Virus record (IMG/VR): IMGVR_UViG_3300027754_003435
DNA: 64,000 nucleotides
Source of the DNA: a virus
Direction: 5' to 3' (one strand)
Below, piece by piece: positions 39,138-47,964 of this stretch. Under the pieces are notes generated by a model. It was not told the origin of the DNA. It did not search any database and saw only the letters and a program-made list of their open reading frames with translations. How positions within the stretch are numbered: the stretch's first letter is position 1; every line of letters begins with the position of its first letter. Position numbers and translations under genes: made by a program.

Positions 39138-39707
39138 GTCCAATCCTCCTGAAGTGCTTTTCATTGAGAGTATTTTTGTATTTAACGGATTGAATATAAC
39201 AATTTCTTTTTCGCCATTTCCTATAATTCCATTAATACCAATATCATCCATCATTTCTGATAATTGTTTATCACTTATTGGAAAAATTCTTAGAATTTTA
39301 TTATATAAATCTATACCGTTTTTAGAATCTTTTATGATATTATTAATGATAAATAACTTTTGCTCATTACTCATTCTTTCGCCTTTATTATCTACAATAT
39401 CATTATTAATACTAAACATATTTCTTACTTTATCTAAATTAGATTTACTTACCTTTTTATTATCAGATAAAAAATTTAAACGGTTTGGTATTTTTACGTT
39501 ATATACATAACCACCTTTTGCATAATGTGTAGCAAGATTTTTAATAGTTGTTAAATATATACCATAACCATATTCATCGCCACCCGTTTTTTTACCAACA
39601 TCTTTTTTTAAATTATCAAATTTATATGGTGAACCATGATAATAAATAATATCATTCATAATATTTTCGTTTAGATATTCTTTTAGTAGTTCTGATAATT
39701 TTATCAT
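39129..39707 (-). CDS. ADP-ribosyltransferase-like protein (ART-PolyVal-type pattern) with MIKLSELLKE leader
   Basis: YYHGS...YGYGIYLTT...ATHYA...EKEIVIFNP. Start ATG 39707 (alternative 39725). Confidence 0.65.
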   Translation of the reverse strand: MIKLSELLKEYLNENIMNDIIYYHGSPYKFDNLKKDVGKKTGGDEYGYGIYLTTIKNLATHYAKGGYVYNVKIPNRLNFLSDNKKVSKSNLDKVRNMFSINNDIVDNKGERMSNEQKLFIINNIIKDSKNGIDLYNKILRIFPISDKQLSEMMDDIGINGIIGNGEKEIVIFNPLNTKILSMKSTSGGLDNE

Positions 39708-39761
39708 CTTGGTTTCTTCTCCCATCCTATTGACTTTCGATATTGTTCGTAGTTATTCATT
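39701..39761. repeat. 61 bp direct repeat, copy 2
   Basis: Spans the 3' end of 39704..40648 and the start of 39129..39707. Confidence 0.95.
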
Positions 39762-40648
39762 ACCCAATTTACTATACTATTTGGATCATTATTGTATATT
39801 GCATTTGTTTGTATCAAGGGTTTTCCATCCTTTGAATGTATAGTATAAGTTTCCATTGCCTCATCAACAAACACAATATCTCTTGCGGTTTTACCATGAA
39901 ATATAACTTGAAATTCTTGATCTGAATGATGCCAACATCTTATGCCAGACGCACGGAATATTAAGAAAGTTCCATCACCGTACTTCAGTGCTTGGCCATC
40001 AACACCATATTTAGCAAAGTCTTCTGGTGTATAAGCAAAATTATACCCCTCACCTATCTTTTTACCTTGCAACCATGTTGTTAATCCTAATTTAGTTGGA
40101 TCCGCAATACCCTTAATAAAACCTTTTCTTGCCATCATCCGTCCGTCCATACGTGTTGTTCCATGAACTAACCATTGATTCTTTACCAATGTTGGTTCAT
40201 GTAAATAAAACCATGACGGTATGTCAGCTGGTTGTATACCAAAACCATCCATAAACGCCATAAACGATTGTTCTTCTGCATATATCTTGTCCATTAACCA
40301 ATCAACGATTGCACCATACGATACTGGATCTTTCTGTTTAAGTACATCCCATTTACGAAGCTCCAATGCTTGAGTATACAGTTGTATTTTAGGAACAGCG
40401 TTCGGATCCGCCCGTACGGGTTTATTTTGGTTGTGAATTTGAGGAGGGGTGAACCCAGGATTCGAGCGAAATTGGAATTTTGAATATAAATTTTGTGTTT
40501 TGATAAAATATTCATCAATTATTTGTTTATATCCAATCATACCGACTATTTCATCCGCCATTTGTTCTGGTGTAGAATCTAAATACTTCCATAATGTAAC
40601 AACATCGGTATCTACATATTCTTTTAGAAGGTCTTTTAGCTTAATCAT
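39704..40648 (-). CDS. ADP-ribosyltransferase-like protein (H-Y-E-type fold candidate) with MIKLKDLLKE leader
   Basis: LVHGTT...GF...GYNFAY...KYG...DQEFQVIF; homologous to 48573..49220. Confidence 0.5.
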   Translation of the reverse strand: MIKLKDLLKEYVDTDVVTLWKYLDSTPEQMADEIVGMIGYKQIIDEYFIKTQNLYSKFQFRSNPGFTPPQIHNQNKPVRADPNAVPKIQLYTQALELRKWDVLKQKDPVSYGAIVDWLMDKIYAEEQSFMAFMDGFGIQPADIPSWFYLHEPTLVKNQWLVHGTTRMDGRMMARKGFIKGIADPTKLGLTTWLQGKKIGEGYNFAYTPEDFAKYGVDGQALKYGDGTFLIFRASGIRCWHHSDQEFQVIFHGKTARDIVFVDEAMETYTIHSKDGKPLIQTNAIYNNDPNSIVNWVMNNYEQYRKSIGWEKKPR

Positions 40649-41279
40649 ATTTTTCCATATTATTTAAGTGAGAAGGTGAAGTGGCGAGTGAAGCAGCGGC
40701 ACCACCCAACCCCATACTACTCTTATTAATTGTGTCGTTGCTGTTCCCTACGATTTTCGGTTTAGAAATCACTTTATCATTAAATATCACTAAAATGTCA
40801 TCATTTACGTCATTTCTTACACGTAATCCGTCTATTCCACACGAAAGCAGGAAATCAGATATTTTCTTAGGTTCTCTAACTTTAAGTATTCTACCAATAA
40901 AGTCATAGAACTCAGGAATATCGTCAATTACCGTGTTCGGCCCCCATACTTGTACGTCCCATTTTTCTTCTAAATTAGGTGGTAATTCCACTCTATCTCG
41001 TATCATTCCATTATATATTTTACGTAATTGGTCTTTAGAAACCTTTGCCCACATAATATCAGCCATATGTGGTATGTTTACTTCCATTATAACCGCACCA
41101 AATGACTTAGCTCTTTCCCAATCTTTAATGAAATAAATACCCCATCCCCAATAAGAGTGTATTTTATCCCCACCTTTACCTACCTTATTATACGAGAATT
41201 TAGTCACAGGTTGAGCACTACCATGATACCATATACCGTCGTTAGCCATTTCTTTTAATATGTCTTTTAATTTTATCAT
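40641..41279 (-). CDS. ADP-ribosyltransferase-like protein (ART-PolyVal-type pattern) with MIKLKDILKE leader
   Basis: WYHGS...YWGWGIYFIK...AKSFG...GIDG...DDILVIFND; paralog of 39129..39707. Start 41279 or 41285. Confidence 0.65.
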   Translation of the reverse strand: MIKLKDILKEMANDGIWYHGSAQPVTKFSYNKVGKGGDKIHSYWGWGIYFIKDWERAKSFGAVIMEVNIPHMADIMWAKVSKDQLRKIYNGMIRDRVELPPNLEEKWDVQVWGPNTVIDDIPEFYDFIGRILKVREPKKISDFLLSCGIDGLRVRNDVNDDILVIFNDKVISKPKIVGNSNDTINKSSMGLGGAAASLATSPSHLNNMEKYD

Positions 41280-41281
41280 TT

Positions 41282-41644
41282 TCATTTTCGCATACGAAGT
41301 AAGGACAAATCGATAGTATCCCGAACATCTCGCTTTACAGCACCACGTTTTCCACCTCTAGTATGACCAACACTCACTTCTTTTCGTGTATGTGTGTCTT
41401 CGTGATCACTAGTTATGTTTCTATTGTATAAGAACGCCATTTCATACATTTGTTCATGTAGGAGTTTAACCTCGCCATTAACGTCTTTATACGATGTAAT
41501 AGTAGTATCTACTGTTTGTTGTAGAGTCTGAATTGTCATTTTAGCGTAGTAATAGAAGCCGATCAGGGTGGAAAGCACCCCAATTATCATTCCTAATTGT
41601 GGCAGGGTTATTGTGAACTTCTTATTTGTTATATCTTCTGGCAC
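41282..41644 (-). CDS. Single-pass membrane coiled-coil protein
   Basis: TM LGMIIGVLSTLIGFYYYA; GTG start; first gene of the late-type operon. Confidence 0.7.
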   Translation of the reverse strand: MPEDITNKKFTITLPQLGMIIGVLSTLIGFYYYAKMTIQTLQQTVDTTITSYKDVNGEVKLLHEQMYEMAFLYNRNITSDHEDTHTRKEVSVGHTRGGKRGAVKRDVRDTIDLSLLRMRK

Positions 41645-41692
41645 TTTATTTCTCTCTTTACACTATAGTTTTACACTACTATTAACATATAT

Positions 41693-41720
41693 ATAAATAT
41701 ATAAATACTATAATATTTAT
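41693..41720. promoter_or_regulatory. Divergent late-type motifs (TATATTTAT on -, AATATTTAT on +)
   Basis: ataaatata at 41693-41701; aatatttat at 41712-41720. Confidence 0.5.
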
Positions 41721-41756
41721 ACCTATATACATTTTAATGATTATCGAGAATGAGTT

Positions 41757-41912
41757 ATGAGATTGAATGAAGACATTACAGTAAATGGCAATTTAAGTCA
41801 GATAGATAATTCACCCCTATACATGATAAACGACCTTATCTTCACGAGTGCTGGAGAATGGGAGAAATTAGTCCTTGTGGTGAATAAGCCCGCAACAGAA
41901 ATAGATGAGTAA
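41757..41912 (+). CDS. Possible 51 aa peptide
   Basis: MRLNEDITVNGNLSQIDNSPLYMINDLIFTSAGEWEKLVLVVNKPATEIDE; late-type motif upstream; no homology support. Confidence 0.4.
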   Translation: MRLNEDITVNGNLSQIDNSPLYMINDLIFTSAGEWEKLVLVVNKPATEIDE

Positions 41913-42046
41913 TATTTACCCTTATATGTTGAACAAGAGTAAATATTTGGTATTTTTACTTGGACACTATGTCCAAGTTATTGTCCAAGTCACACAAACC
42001 AATGCGGATTTTAAAGTGGTCGAATTCCACCACTTTACTTTACCAT

Positions 42047-42115
42047 TTAATGCGGGATATATCATTCATTAAGTCTGTTTTATGGTGTTAATGCGTGATA
42101 TAACATTCATTAAGT
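42047..42115. repeat. Two 28 bp direct repeats (period 41), each TTAATG-N14-CATTAA
   Basis: ttaatgcgggatatatcattcattaagt and ttaatgcgtgatataacattcattaagt. Confidence 0.85.
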
Positions 42116-42436
42116 GGGTGTATGCCGAAGGGTATAAATTCATTTAAGTTTTTCTATAGTAAAAAAATTGACCTCGATAAAAAAACGGATGAGCGCGCCA
42201 CCCCTCACCCCTACTCCCCCTGGCCATTTACGTTAAATTGGCCCACCCCCACCCCAGTGATGATTATTGTATAAGCCCGTTTATTTACAATAACTTAGCT
42301 TCCCCCACCTACCCCTATATCCCTATTATTATTTCATTTGGTTATTAAATTATCTTTCGTATTTTTGCTGTCAGATTAAACCTGATATAGTTACTATGAA
42401 AGATAAATTTATTATATGTACCGATGAAATAAATGA

Positions 42437-42468
42437 TTTGGTTAGTATCTAATAATTCCGTATATTTG
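42437..42468 (+). promoter_or_regulatory. Promoter TTTG-N20-TATATTTG with no ORF downstream
   Basis: Exact consensus inside the non-coding region. Confidence 0.6.
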
Positions 42469-42527
42469 TAGTATAAGAAATGGGGAAGGAGATAACGGGT
42501 ATATATAGAAACCGATTGAAACAATCG

Positions 42528-42559
42528 TTTGGAAGTTATCTCAAAATTTCTTATATTTG
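42528..42559 (+). promoter_or_regulatory. Second tandem promoter TTTG-N20-TATATTTG with no ORF downstream
   Basis: Exact consensus 91 bp after the first. Confidence 0.6.
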
Positions 42560-43424
42560 TATTATAAATGATTGGTTGATATTTGAACACAGTAGAATGG
42601 AAGTAGACAGTAAGTCTCGTTAGTATACTATAGTATATACTATATAGAAGCAGTAAGTTCTGAAGAGTTCTATTTCATTTCCCAATTTAAACGAGGGTAA
42701 CTATATAGTAGTTATATAGTATCCATATAGTATATACTTAACGGTAATACCAAGGGTAAATAAATCAAGGGTAATTACTTAGGGCAACCCTAATGATGTA
42801 CAGTTAGTATAGTATATACTATATACCAATAGAGAATAATGTGCGATGAAGTTACGGTTATAATCCGTCTAGTAGTCAATATCATTATTCTCTTTTTTTA
42901 TTTCAACTCTATGCATGCGTACACTTTTGGATACCCTAACACCTCATACATGGAAAACTAGTAATATAAGGCGTGCTGTTCAATGAGACAAGTGCGGCTT
43001 CCCACATTACAAATATAACGTATATACATCCCATAATGAAATTAAATAAATAATTTGTTTAAAATGATAAATAAATTATATCGGAATAACCAAAGGATTT
43101 ATTTAATTAATAATTTTTATATTACAAAAATGCATATTTCATTAGGAAATTACAATGCGCGTAAGCCGTTGAGCTATATAGAGTTACAGAGATGGCAAAT
43201 GGAAATGAGCGGGCTCACTCAGATTCACCACATCTTCCCACTTCAACCCACACCACACTATATATTACCCACAGTATAGATATACATTAACTGGACATTA
43301 ACTATACACATACTATGTAATAATATTTTATTATATGGTAACATGAATGGAGTGAAATTGTACAATAATAGTTATAGGAGTATATTGTGGGTAACATTAT
43401 CATCACTTATATAGTATATAAACA

Positions 43425-43456
43425 TTTGGAGTATTAGAATGGAATCATTATATTTG
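43425..43456 (+). promoter_or_regulatory. Promoter TTTG-N20-TATATTTG for the TonB-receptor operon
   Basis: Exact consensus about 180 nt upstream of 43637. Confidence 0.65.
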
Positions 43457-43636
43457 CATTGGGAACGTATAGTATTCCTTATACTTACTATTGTATTCTC
43501 TATAGTATTCAATATTAGTTATAAGAAAGATTGTTTAAGTTGTATTGAAGTAGTAGTAATAGTATATACTATAGTACTGATATTATTTAGTGTACCGTTC
43601 GTTTTTTTGAAATGATTTTAGTTTGAGGAATTTGAT

Positions 43637-43948
43637 ATGAGTAATACAAGAGTAGTACTTACACAATGGAAGTCAACACATTGGGATGTACTTTGGAGCT
43701 ATAACTTTACTAAGTTACAATTGGATGAGTTAGATTCATATACTACTTCATTGGGAAGTAAGTTTAGCGAACCAACTCTATGGGGTTACGCATTCGGTAA
43801 AGATTATATTGAATCATTACTCTTGTTCTTAAAAGAGTATACTAATGATATAACTAACAAGGATGTGGAACTACTTAATAGTATAGTACACTTATTAGTA
43901 CAATGTTACTACTATCCTACCGCGACTGTTATGAATGATGGCAAATGA
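43637..43948 (+). CDS. Hypothetical protein
   Basis: 103 aa; GAGG upstream; ATGA overlap with the TBDR gene. Confidence 0.7.
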   Translation: MSNTRVVLTQWKSTHWDVLWSYNFTKLQLDELDSYTTSLGSKFSEPTLWGYAFGKDYIESLLLFLKEYTNDITNKDVELLNSIVHLLVQCYYYPTATVMNDGK

Positions 43949-46746
43949 ATAATTTAATTTATATTGGGATTAATGTAATGAAAAAAAGTATGGTGTTCTT
44001 ATTCATACTATTGAGTTTATTGAATAGTGTGATTGGAAAAGGTGTTGGTGTTCTTAGTGGTATGGTAAAGAATAAAGAAACAGGCGAACTTATTCGTTCT
44101 GCTACTATTCGTATTAAAGGAACTAAGTGGGGAAGCCAATCTGATGTTAAAGGTAAATTTATTATTAAAGGAATTCCGTCTGATTCTTTGTTTACTGTTA
44201 GATGTTCTTTCGTTGGCTATAGAACTATTGAGATTGATTCTATTTTAGTTACCGATGGAGAAATGAAAACATTGGATCTTTTACTTGAAGAACAAGTAAG
44301 TAAAACAGATGAAGTAATAGTTGAAGTAAGACGTTCTACGGAAAGCCAATCTACTGTATTAGCCCAACGTAGAAATGCTGCTAATGTTTCGGATGGTATT
44401 TCTAAAGAAGAAATAACGAAGTCAAGTGATGGTGATGCAGGACAAGCTCTAAAGCGTGTTTCGGGTGTTACATTAGTAGGTGATAAGTTTATTTATGTAC
44501 GTGGTGTAAGTGATCGTTACAACACTACGACATTAAACGGAGCTACACTTGCGACGACTGAGTCTGACAAACGTTCCTTCGCCTTCGATATGTTTCCATC
44601 CGAGTTCCTACAATCCGCAACCGTTACTAAATCGTTTACACCAGACTTGCCAGGTAATTTTGTTGGTGGTTTAGTTCAATTAAATACTATTGATTTTCCC
44701 GATGGGTTTTCATTAAAGGTAAACATTTCATCTGCCTTTAATACTAATACTACATTGCAAGATAACTCATTCTCTATTGGTGGTATACCGACTCGACTTC
44801 CAAGTAGTACACCGTCTTCTCGTAAAGAAATGGATAAGTTAATACGGGATGCTTATGCAGGTGTTGAAGACGCACAGGATAAATTACAAGGATTTGGTAG
44901 AGACTTGAAATCAACTTCTTGGAAACAAGATAGTATAACAGCCAATCCAAATACAAGCACTAACATTTCATACACAAACATATTCGATGTGTTCGATAAT
45001 GAGTTGGGTATTATTGGTTCGGTATTCTATAACAATACATTCTCTATTAAAACCGCAGGTGATAGAAACACAACATTGGGTGATGGTTCTTATGAGCGTA
45101 TAAGTTCTGGCAAGGTTTCAAATGAATCTATCAATTCCGGTGGTATGGTAAACGTAGCATATAAAATAGGTTCAAATCATTCTTTATCTATTAAGAACAT
45201 TATCAATAAATCATTTGACTTGGAAGTTCTTAATCTAAGTGGTACAGACTCTACACAAGGTATTGACTTCAAACAATATTCTTCTCAATACTTAGAGAAG
45301 AGTTTGGTTTCTTCACAAATTGGTGGTGAACATACATTACCGATTCAAAACATATTATTGGATTGGAGAATTGGTTATTCACATTCAGATAGAAATGAGC
45401 CAGACTTCCGTAGACTTAGATATTCAAGACAATCGACTTCACCTGATTTACCGTTCATTGCGGATATACAACCGATGGGTGATGGTACACTTGCTGGTAG
45501 ATTCTTTTCAGAACTTACCGATGAAGTTATAAACGGTGGATTGAACATAACGATACCGATGAGTACAACGTTCAAAATCAAAGTAGGTGGTATAACTGAA
45601 ATGCGGGATAGAGGATTTTTAGCACGTTCATTCGCCATTGCTTCAAATGATGCTGCGGGATTACTTGGTACTGATTTCTATGCAGGTTCACCTGATGTTA
45701 TATTTGATTCAAAGAACTTTGATAGAGTAGGTGATACGTTATACATACGTGAGGATTCAAAACCAAGTGATGGGTATTCTGGAACAGAAACACTTTATGC
45801 TGGTTACAGTATGGTTGACTTTGGGATTGGAGATTTCCGTATAATAACTGGAGTTAGATTAGAAGATAATAAAATTCAATTGAATGGCTTCTATTCAAAC
45901 GGTATTGTAGCAAATATAGATTACCATACATTTGATATTTTACCAGCACTTAACTTGATATACAAACTTGGTGACAATACAAACATTCGTAGTTCCGCTT
46001 CTCAAACACTTACACGCCCTACGTTCCGTGAGTTAGCACCCTTTGAGTTTTATAACTTCAATGACTTGGTTGTGGTACGTGGAAACACAGGACTACAACG
46101 AACACTCGTTCAAAACTATGATTTGAGATTTGAAACATTTATGAGCAGTAACGAGGTTTTTTCGATAGGTGGTTTTTTTAAATCGTTTGTTAATCCGATA
46201 GAAGAAACTCTAAGTGGCGAGACAGGTGGTAAGCCAGATAGAACTTGGCAGAACTCAAACGGTGTTGCTACTAATTGGGGAGCTGAAATAGAACTGCGTA
46301 AAACCATTGGTGATTTTCTGTTCAGTACAAATGTATCGCTTGTTAATTCACAGATAACAATAAGTCAAGGTAACAATACCGAAACAAGAACTATGTGGGG
46401 TCAGTCACCATATTCTATAAACTGTGGTTTATATTATACGAATGTAGATTTAGGAACTTCGGTGAATGTATCGTATAACCGAGTTGGTAGAAGAATAGTA
46501 TCGGTTACACAGTTAGGTCGCTTCCCTACATTAGAAGTTGATGGTAGTTCACCACACTGGTATGAAGAACCAAGAGACTTAGTAGATATTACAATAACAA
46601 AAAACATACTAAAAGGATTCGATTGTAAGGTTACGGTAAAAGATATTCTTAACCAAACTCTATATTGGAAGCAAGGTGATAGAATTGTTCAATCGAATGT
46701 ATTTGGAACAACAGCGAGTATTTCTTTAAGCTATAAATTGTTTTAA
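43945..46746 (+). CDS. TonB-dependent outer-membrane receptor with N-terminal carboxypeptidase-regulatory-like domain
   Basis: Signal peptide, LSGMVKNKETGE...TDVKGKF-type N-domain, plug ALKRVSGVT...YVRGVSDRYN, amphipathic beta strands, C-terminal SYKLF. Confidence 0.92.
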   Translation: MNNLIYIGINVMKKSMVFLFILLSLLNSVIGKGVGVLSGMVKNKETGELIRSATIRIKGTKWGSQSDVKGKFIIKGIPSDSLFTVRCSFVGYRTIEIDSILVTDGEMKTLDLLLEEQVSKTDEVIVEVRRSTESQSTVLAQRRNAANVSDGISKEEITKSSDGDAGQALKRVSGVTLVGDKFIYVRGVSDRYNTTTLNGATLATTESDKRSFAFDMFPSEFLQSATVTKSFTPDLPGNFVGGLVQLNTIDFPDGFSLKVNISSAFNTNTTLQDNSFSIGGIPTRLPSSTPSSRKEMDKLIRDAYAGVEDAQDKLQGFGRDLKSTSWKQDSITANPNTSTNISYTNIFDVFDNELGIIGSVFYNNTFSIKTAGDRNTTLGDGSYERISSGKVSNESINSGGMVNVAYKIGSNHSLSIKNIINKSFDLEVLNLSGTDSTQGIDFKQYSSQYLEKSLVSSQIGGEHTLPIQNILLDWRIGYSHSDRNEPDFRRLRYSRQSTSPDLPFIADIQPMGDGTLAGRFFSELTDEVINGGLNITIPMSTTFKIKVGGITEMRDRGFLARSFAIASNDAAGLLGTDFYAGSPDVIFDSKNFDRVGDTLYIREDSKPSDGYSGTETLYAGYSMVDFGIGDFRIITGVRLEDNKIQLNGFYSNGIVANIDYHTFDILPALNLIYKLGDNTNIRSSASQTLTRPTFRELAPFEFYNFNDLVVVRGNTGLQRTLVQNYDLRFETFMSSNEVFSIGGFFKSFVNPIEETLSGETGGKPDRTWQNSNGVATNWGAEIELRKTIGDFLFSTNVSLVNSQITISQGNNTETRTMWGQSPYSINCGLYYTNVDLGTSVNVSYNRVGRRIVSVTQLGRFPTLEVDGSSPHWYEEPRDLVDITITKNILKGFDCKVTVKDILNQTLYWKQGDRIVQSNVFGTTASISLSYKLF

Positions 46747-46776
46747 GTTGTTCGTACATACCAGACAACTAAAAAG

Positions 46777-46806
46777 AAAAGGTGAGTAGAAATACTCACC
46801 TTTTTT
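46777..46806. terminator. Bidirectional terminator between convergent TBDR and CHAP genes
   Basis: AAAAGGTGAGTA-GAAA-TACTCACCTTTT. Confidence 0.85.
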
Positions 46807-46807
46807 A

Positions 46808-47440
46808 TTATCGTTGATCGAGAAGTGCAAAGTCTGTTATACGGAAATAATCGTATGGGTTTATGGTTCTTTTACGAGACCAGACGCCACCACCACTCCA
46901 TTGACTTCCACTCTTTCCAGATGATGTATTTCCTTCAATAGTTGTTCCGCTGTTACCCTGCCATTTGTCAGTAAATCCAACATGGCCGAATAAGGTTGCA
47001 CCACGTCTCCAAACTAAAACTGTACCAACCGGTATCTTCATATTCTCAAACGATACTTTTGTTGCTTTAATAGTTTTGTTTTTGGTTATGAAATGTCTAG
47101 CTAATCCAGAACGAGTTTTCATTGTAGTAACCTTTGCAGAATCAAGAACGAATGAAACAAATGCTGCACACCATTGGTTGCCTTTTGTTAATCCTACTGA
47201 TTTTAAAAAACGCTCAACCCAATATCCACCATTGTCTCCGACTTCTTTTGTACCAACTAATCCATAAGCAATACTTCGTACACGCTCATCATCAGTTTGT
47301 TTAACTACCGATAGTTTCTTCTCACAGCTTGAACATAAACTATCAGTTTTTTTAACTGTTTGAGAAGCAGAGTGCAGCGGTAAGGATGTTAGCAAACATC
47401 CAAATAGCGTAAGCAACAGGATTTGATGCAAGTATCTCAC
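46808..47440 (-). CDS. CHAP-domain peptidoglycan hydrolase with signal peptide (endolysin candidate)
   Basis: QWCAAFVS, GHVGF and TIEGNT catalytic motifs. Confidence 0.88.
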   Translation of the reverse strand: MRYLHQILLLTLFGCLLTSLPLHSASQTVKKTDSLCSSCEKKLSVVKQTDDERVRSIAYGLVGTKEVGDNGGYWVERFLKSVGLTKGNQWCAAFVSFVLDSAKVTTMKTRSGLARHFITKNKTIKATKVSFENMKIPVGTVLVWRRGATLFGHVGFTDKWQGNSGTTIEGNTSSGKSGSQWSGGGVWSRKRTINPYDYFRITDFALLDQR

Positions 47441-47615
47441 GGGTCTTTACCTCCTGAATTAAGTATGAATCAACAAACCACGCAGCCCCAACGGCAAGTG
47501 CGTACTTACTCAAACCAACAGCGAATGTGCTGAAATTACCATCCCCAAATGTTGCACCGATCGCTATCACGGATAAAACAAGTAGCGGTATGAATGTTTT
47601 TAAGTTTTCCAACAT
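47352..47615 (-). CDS. Holin-like membrane protein (3 TM)
   Basis: Three hydrophobic segments directly upstream of and overlapping the CHAP gene; GAGG before ATG 47615. Confidence 0.6.
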   Translation of the reverse strand: MLENLKTFIPLLVLSVIAIGATFGDGNFSTFAVGLSKYALAVGAAWFVDSYLIQEVKTREILASNPVAYAIWMFANILTAALCFSNS

Positions 47616-47677
47616 TTCAAAAACCTCCCATTTATTATAAAACACCTATGTAACAATAACTATAATACATACAAAAA

Positions 47678-47701
47678 AACCGTTAGTGTTTACTAACGGT
47701 T
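47678..47701 (-). terminator. Intrinsic terminator
   Basis: AACCGTTAGT-GTTT-ACTAACGGTT with an A-run on the + side. Confidence 0.75.
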
Positions 47702-47711
47702 ATTTGTTAAT

Positions 47712-47951
47712 TTAATCTTCTTGATTTTGTTGGAGTATTGTGTAGTACCCGCTTTCAACTTGACTGTGGAATTGATCCTGATTTATTTTACCAACAGAAC
47801 CATCTGAGTTATCTCGGAAGTAATAGAACATATCTGATATGTGAACTAGCTTCCAAGTTTTACGGAAGTTCTTATTAGTCTCCCAAATACATTGAACGTA
47901 ATCATGTATTTTTACTATCAAGCCATTGTATGCTTCAACTTCAGTTAACAT
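47712..47951 (-). CDS. Hypothetical protein
   Basis: 79 aa downstream of ardA. Confidence 0.65.
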   Translation of the reverse strand: MLTEVEAYNGLIVKIHDYVQCIWETNKNFRKTWKLVHISDMFYYFRDNSDGSVGKINQDQFHSQVESGYYTILQQNQED

Positions 47952-47964
47952 GAAAATCTATTCC

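Larger units (their letters stand above)
41913..43636. other. Long structured non-coding region, candidate replication origin/control region
   Basis: Hairpins, 41 bp-period repeats, C-tract clusters, repeated TAGTATATACTA palindromes and several promoters without downstream ORFs, at a divergent strand switch. Confidence 0.5.

Noticed and set aside
42345-43279. ORFs 42345..42590 (-) and 43055..43279 (+) in the non-coding region
   Set aside because: Compositionally biased, overlap promoter elements and have no recognisable RBS or motifs; 43055..43279 cannot be fully excluded.
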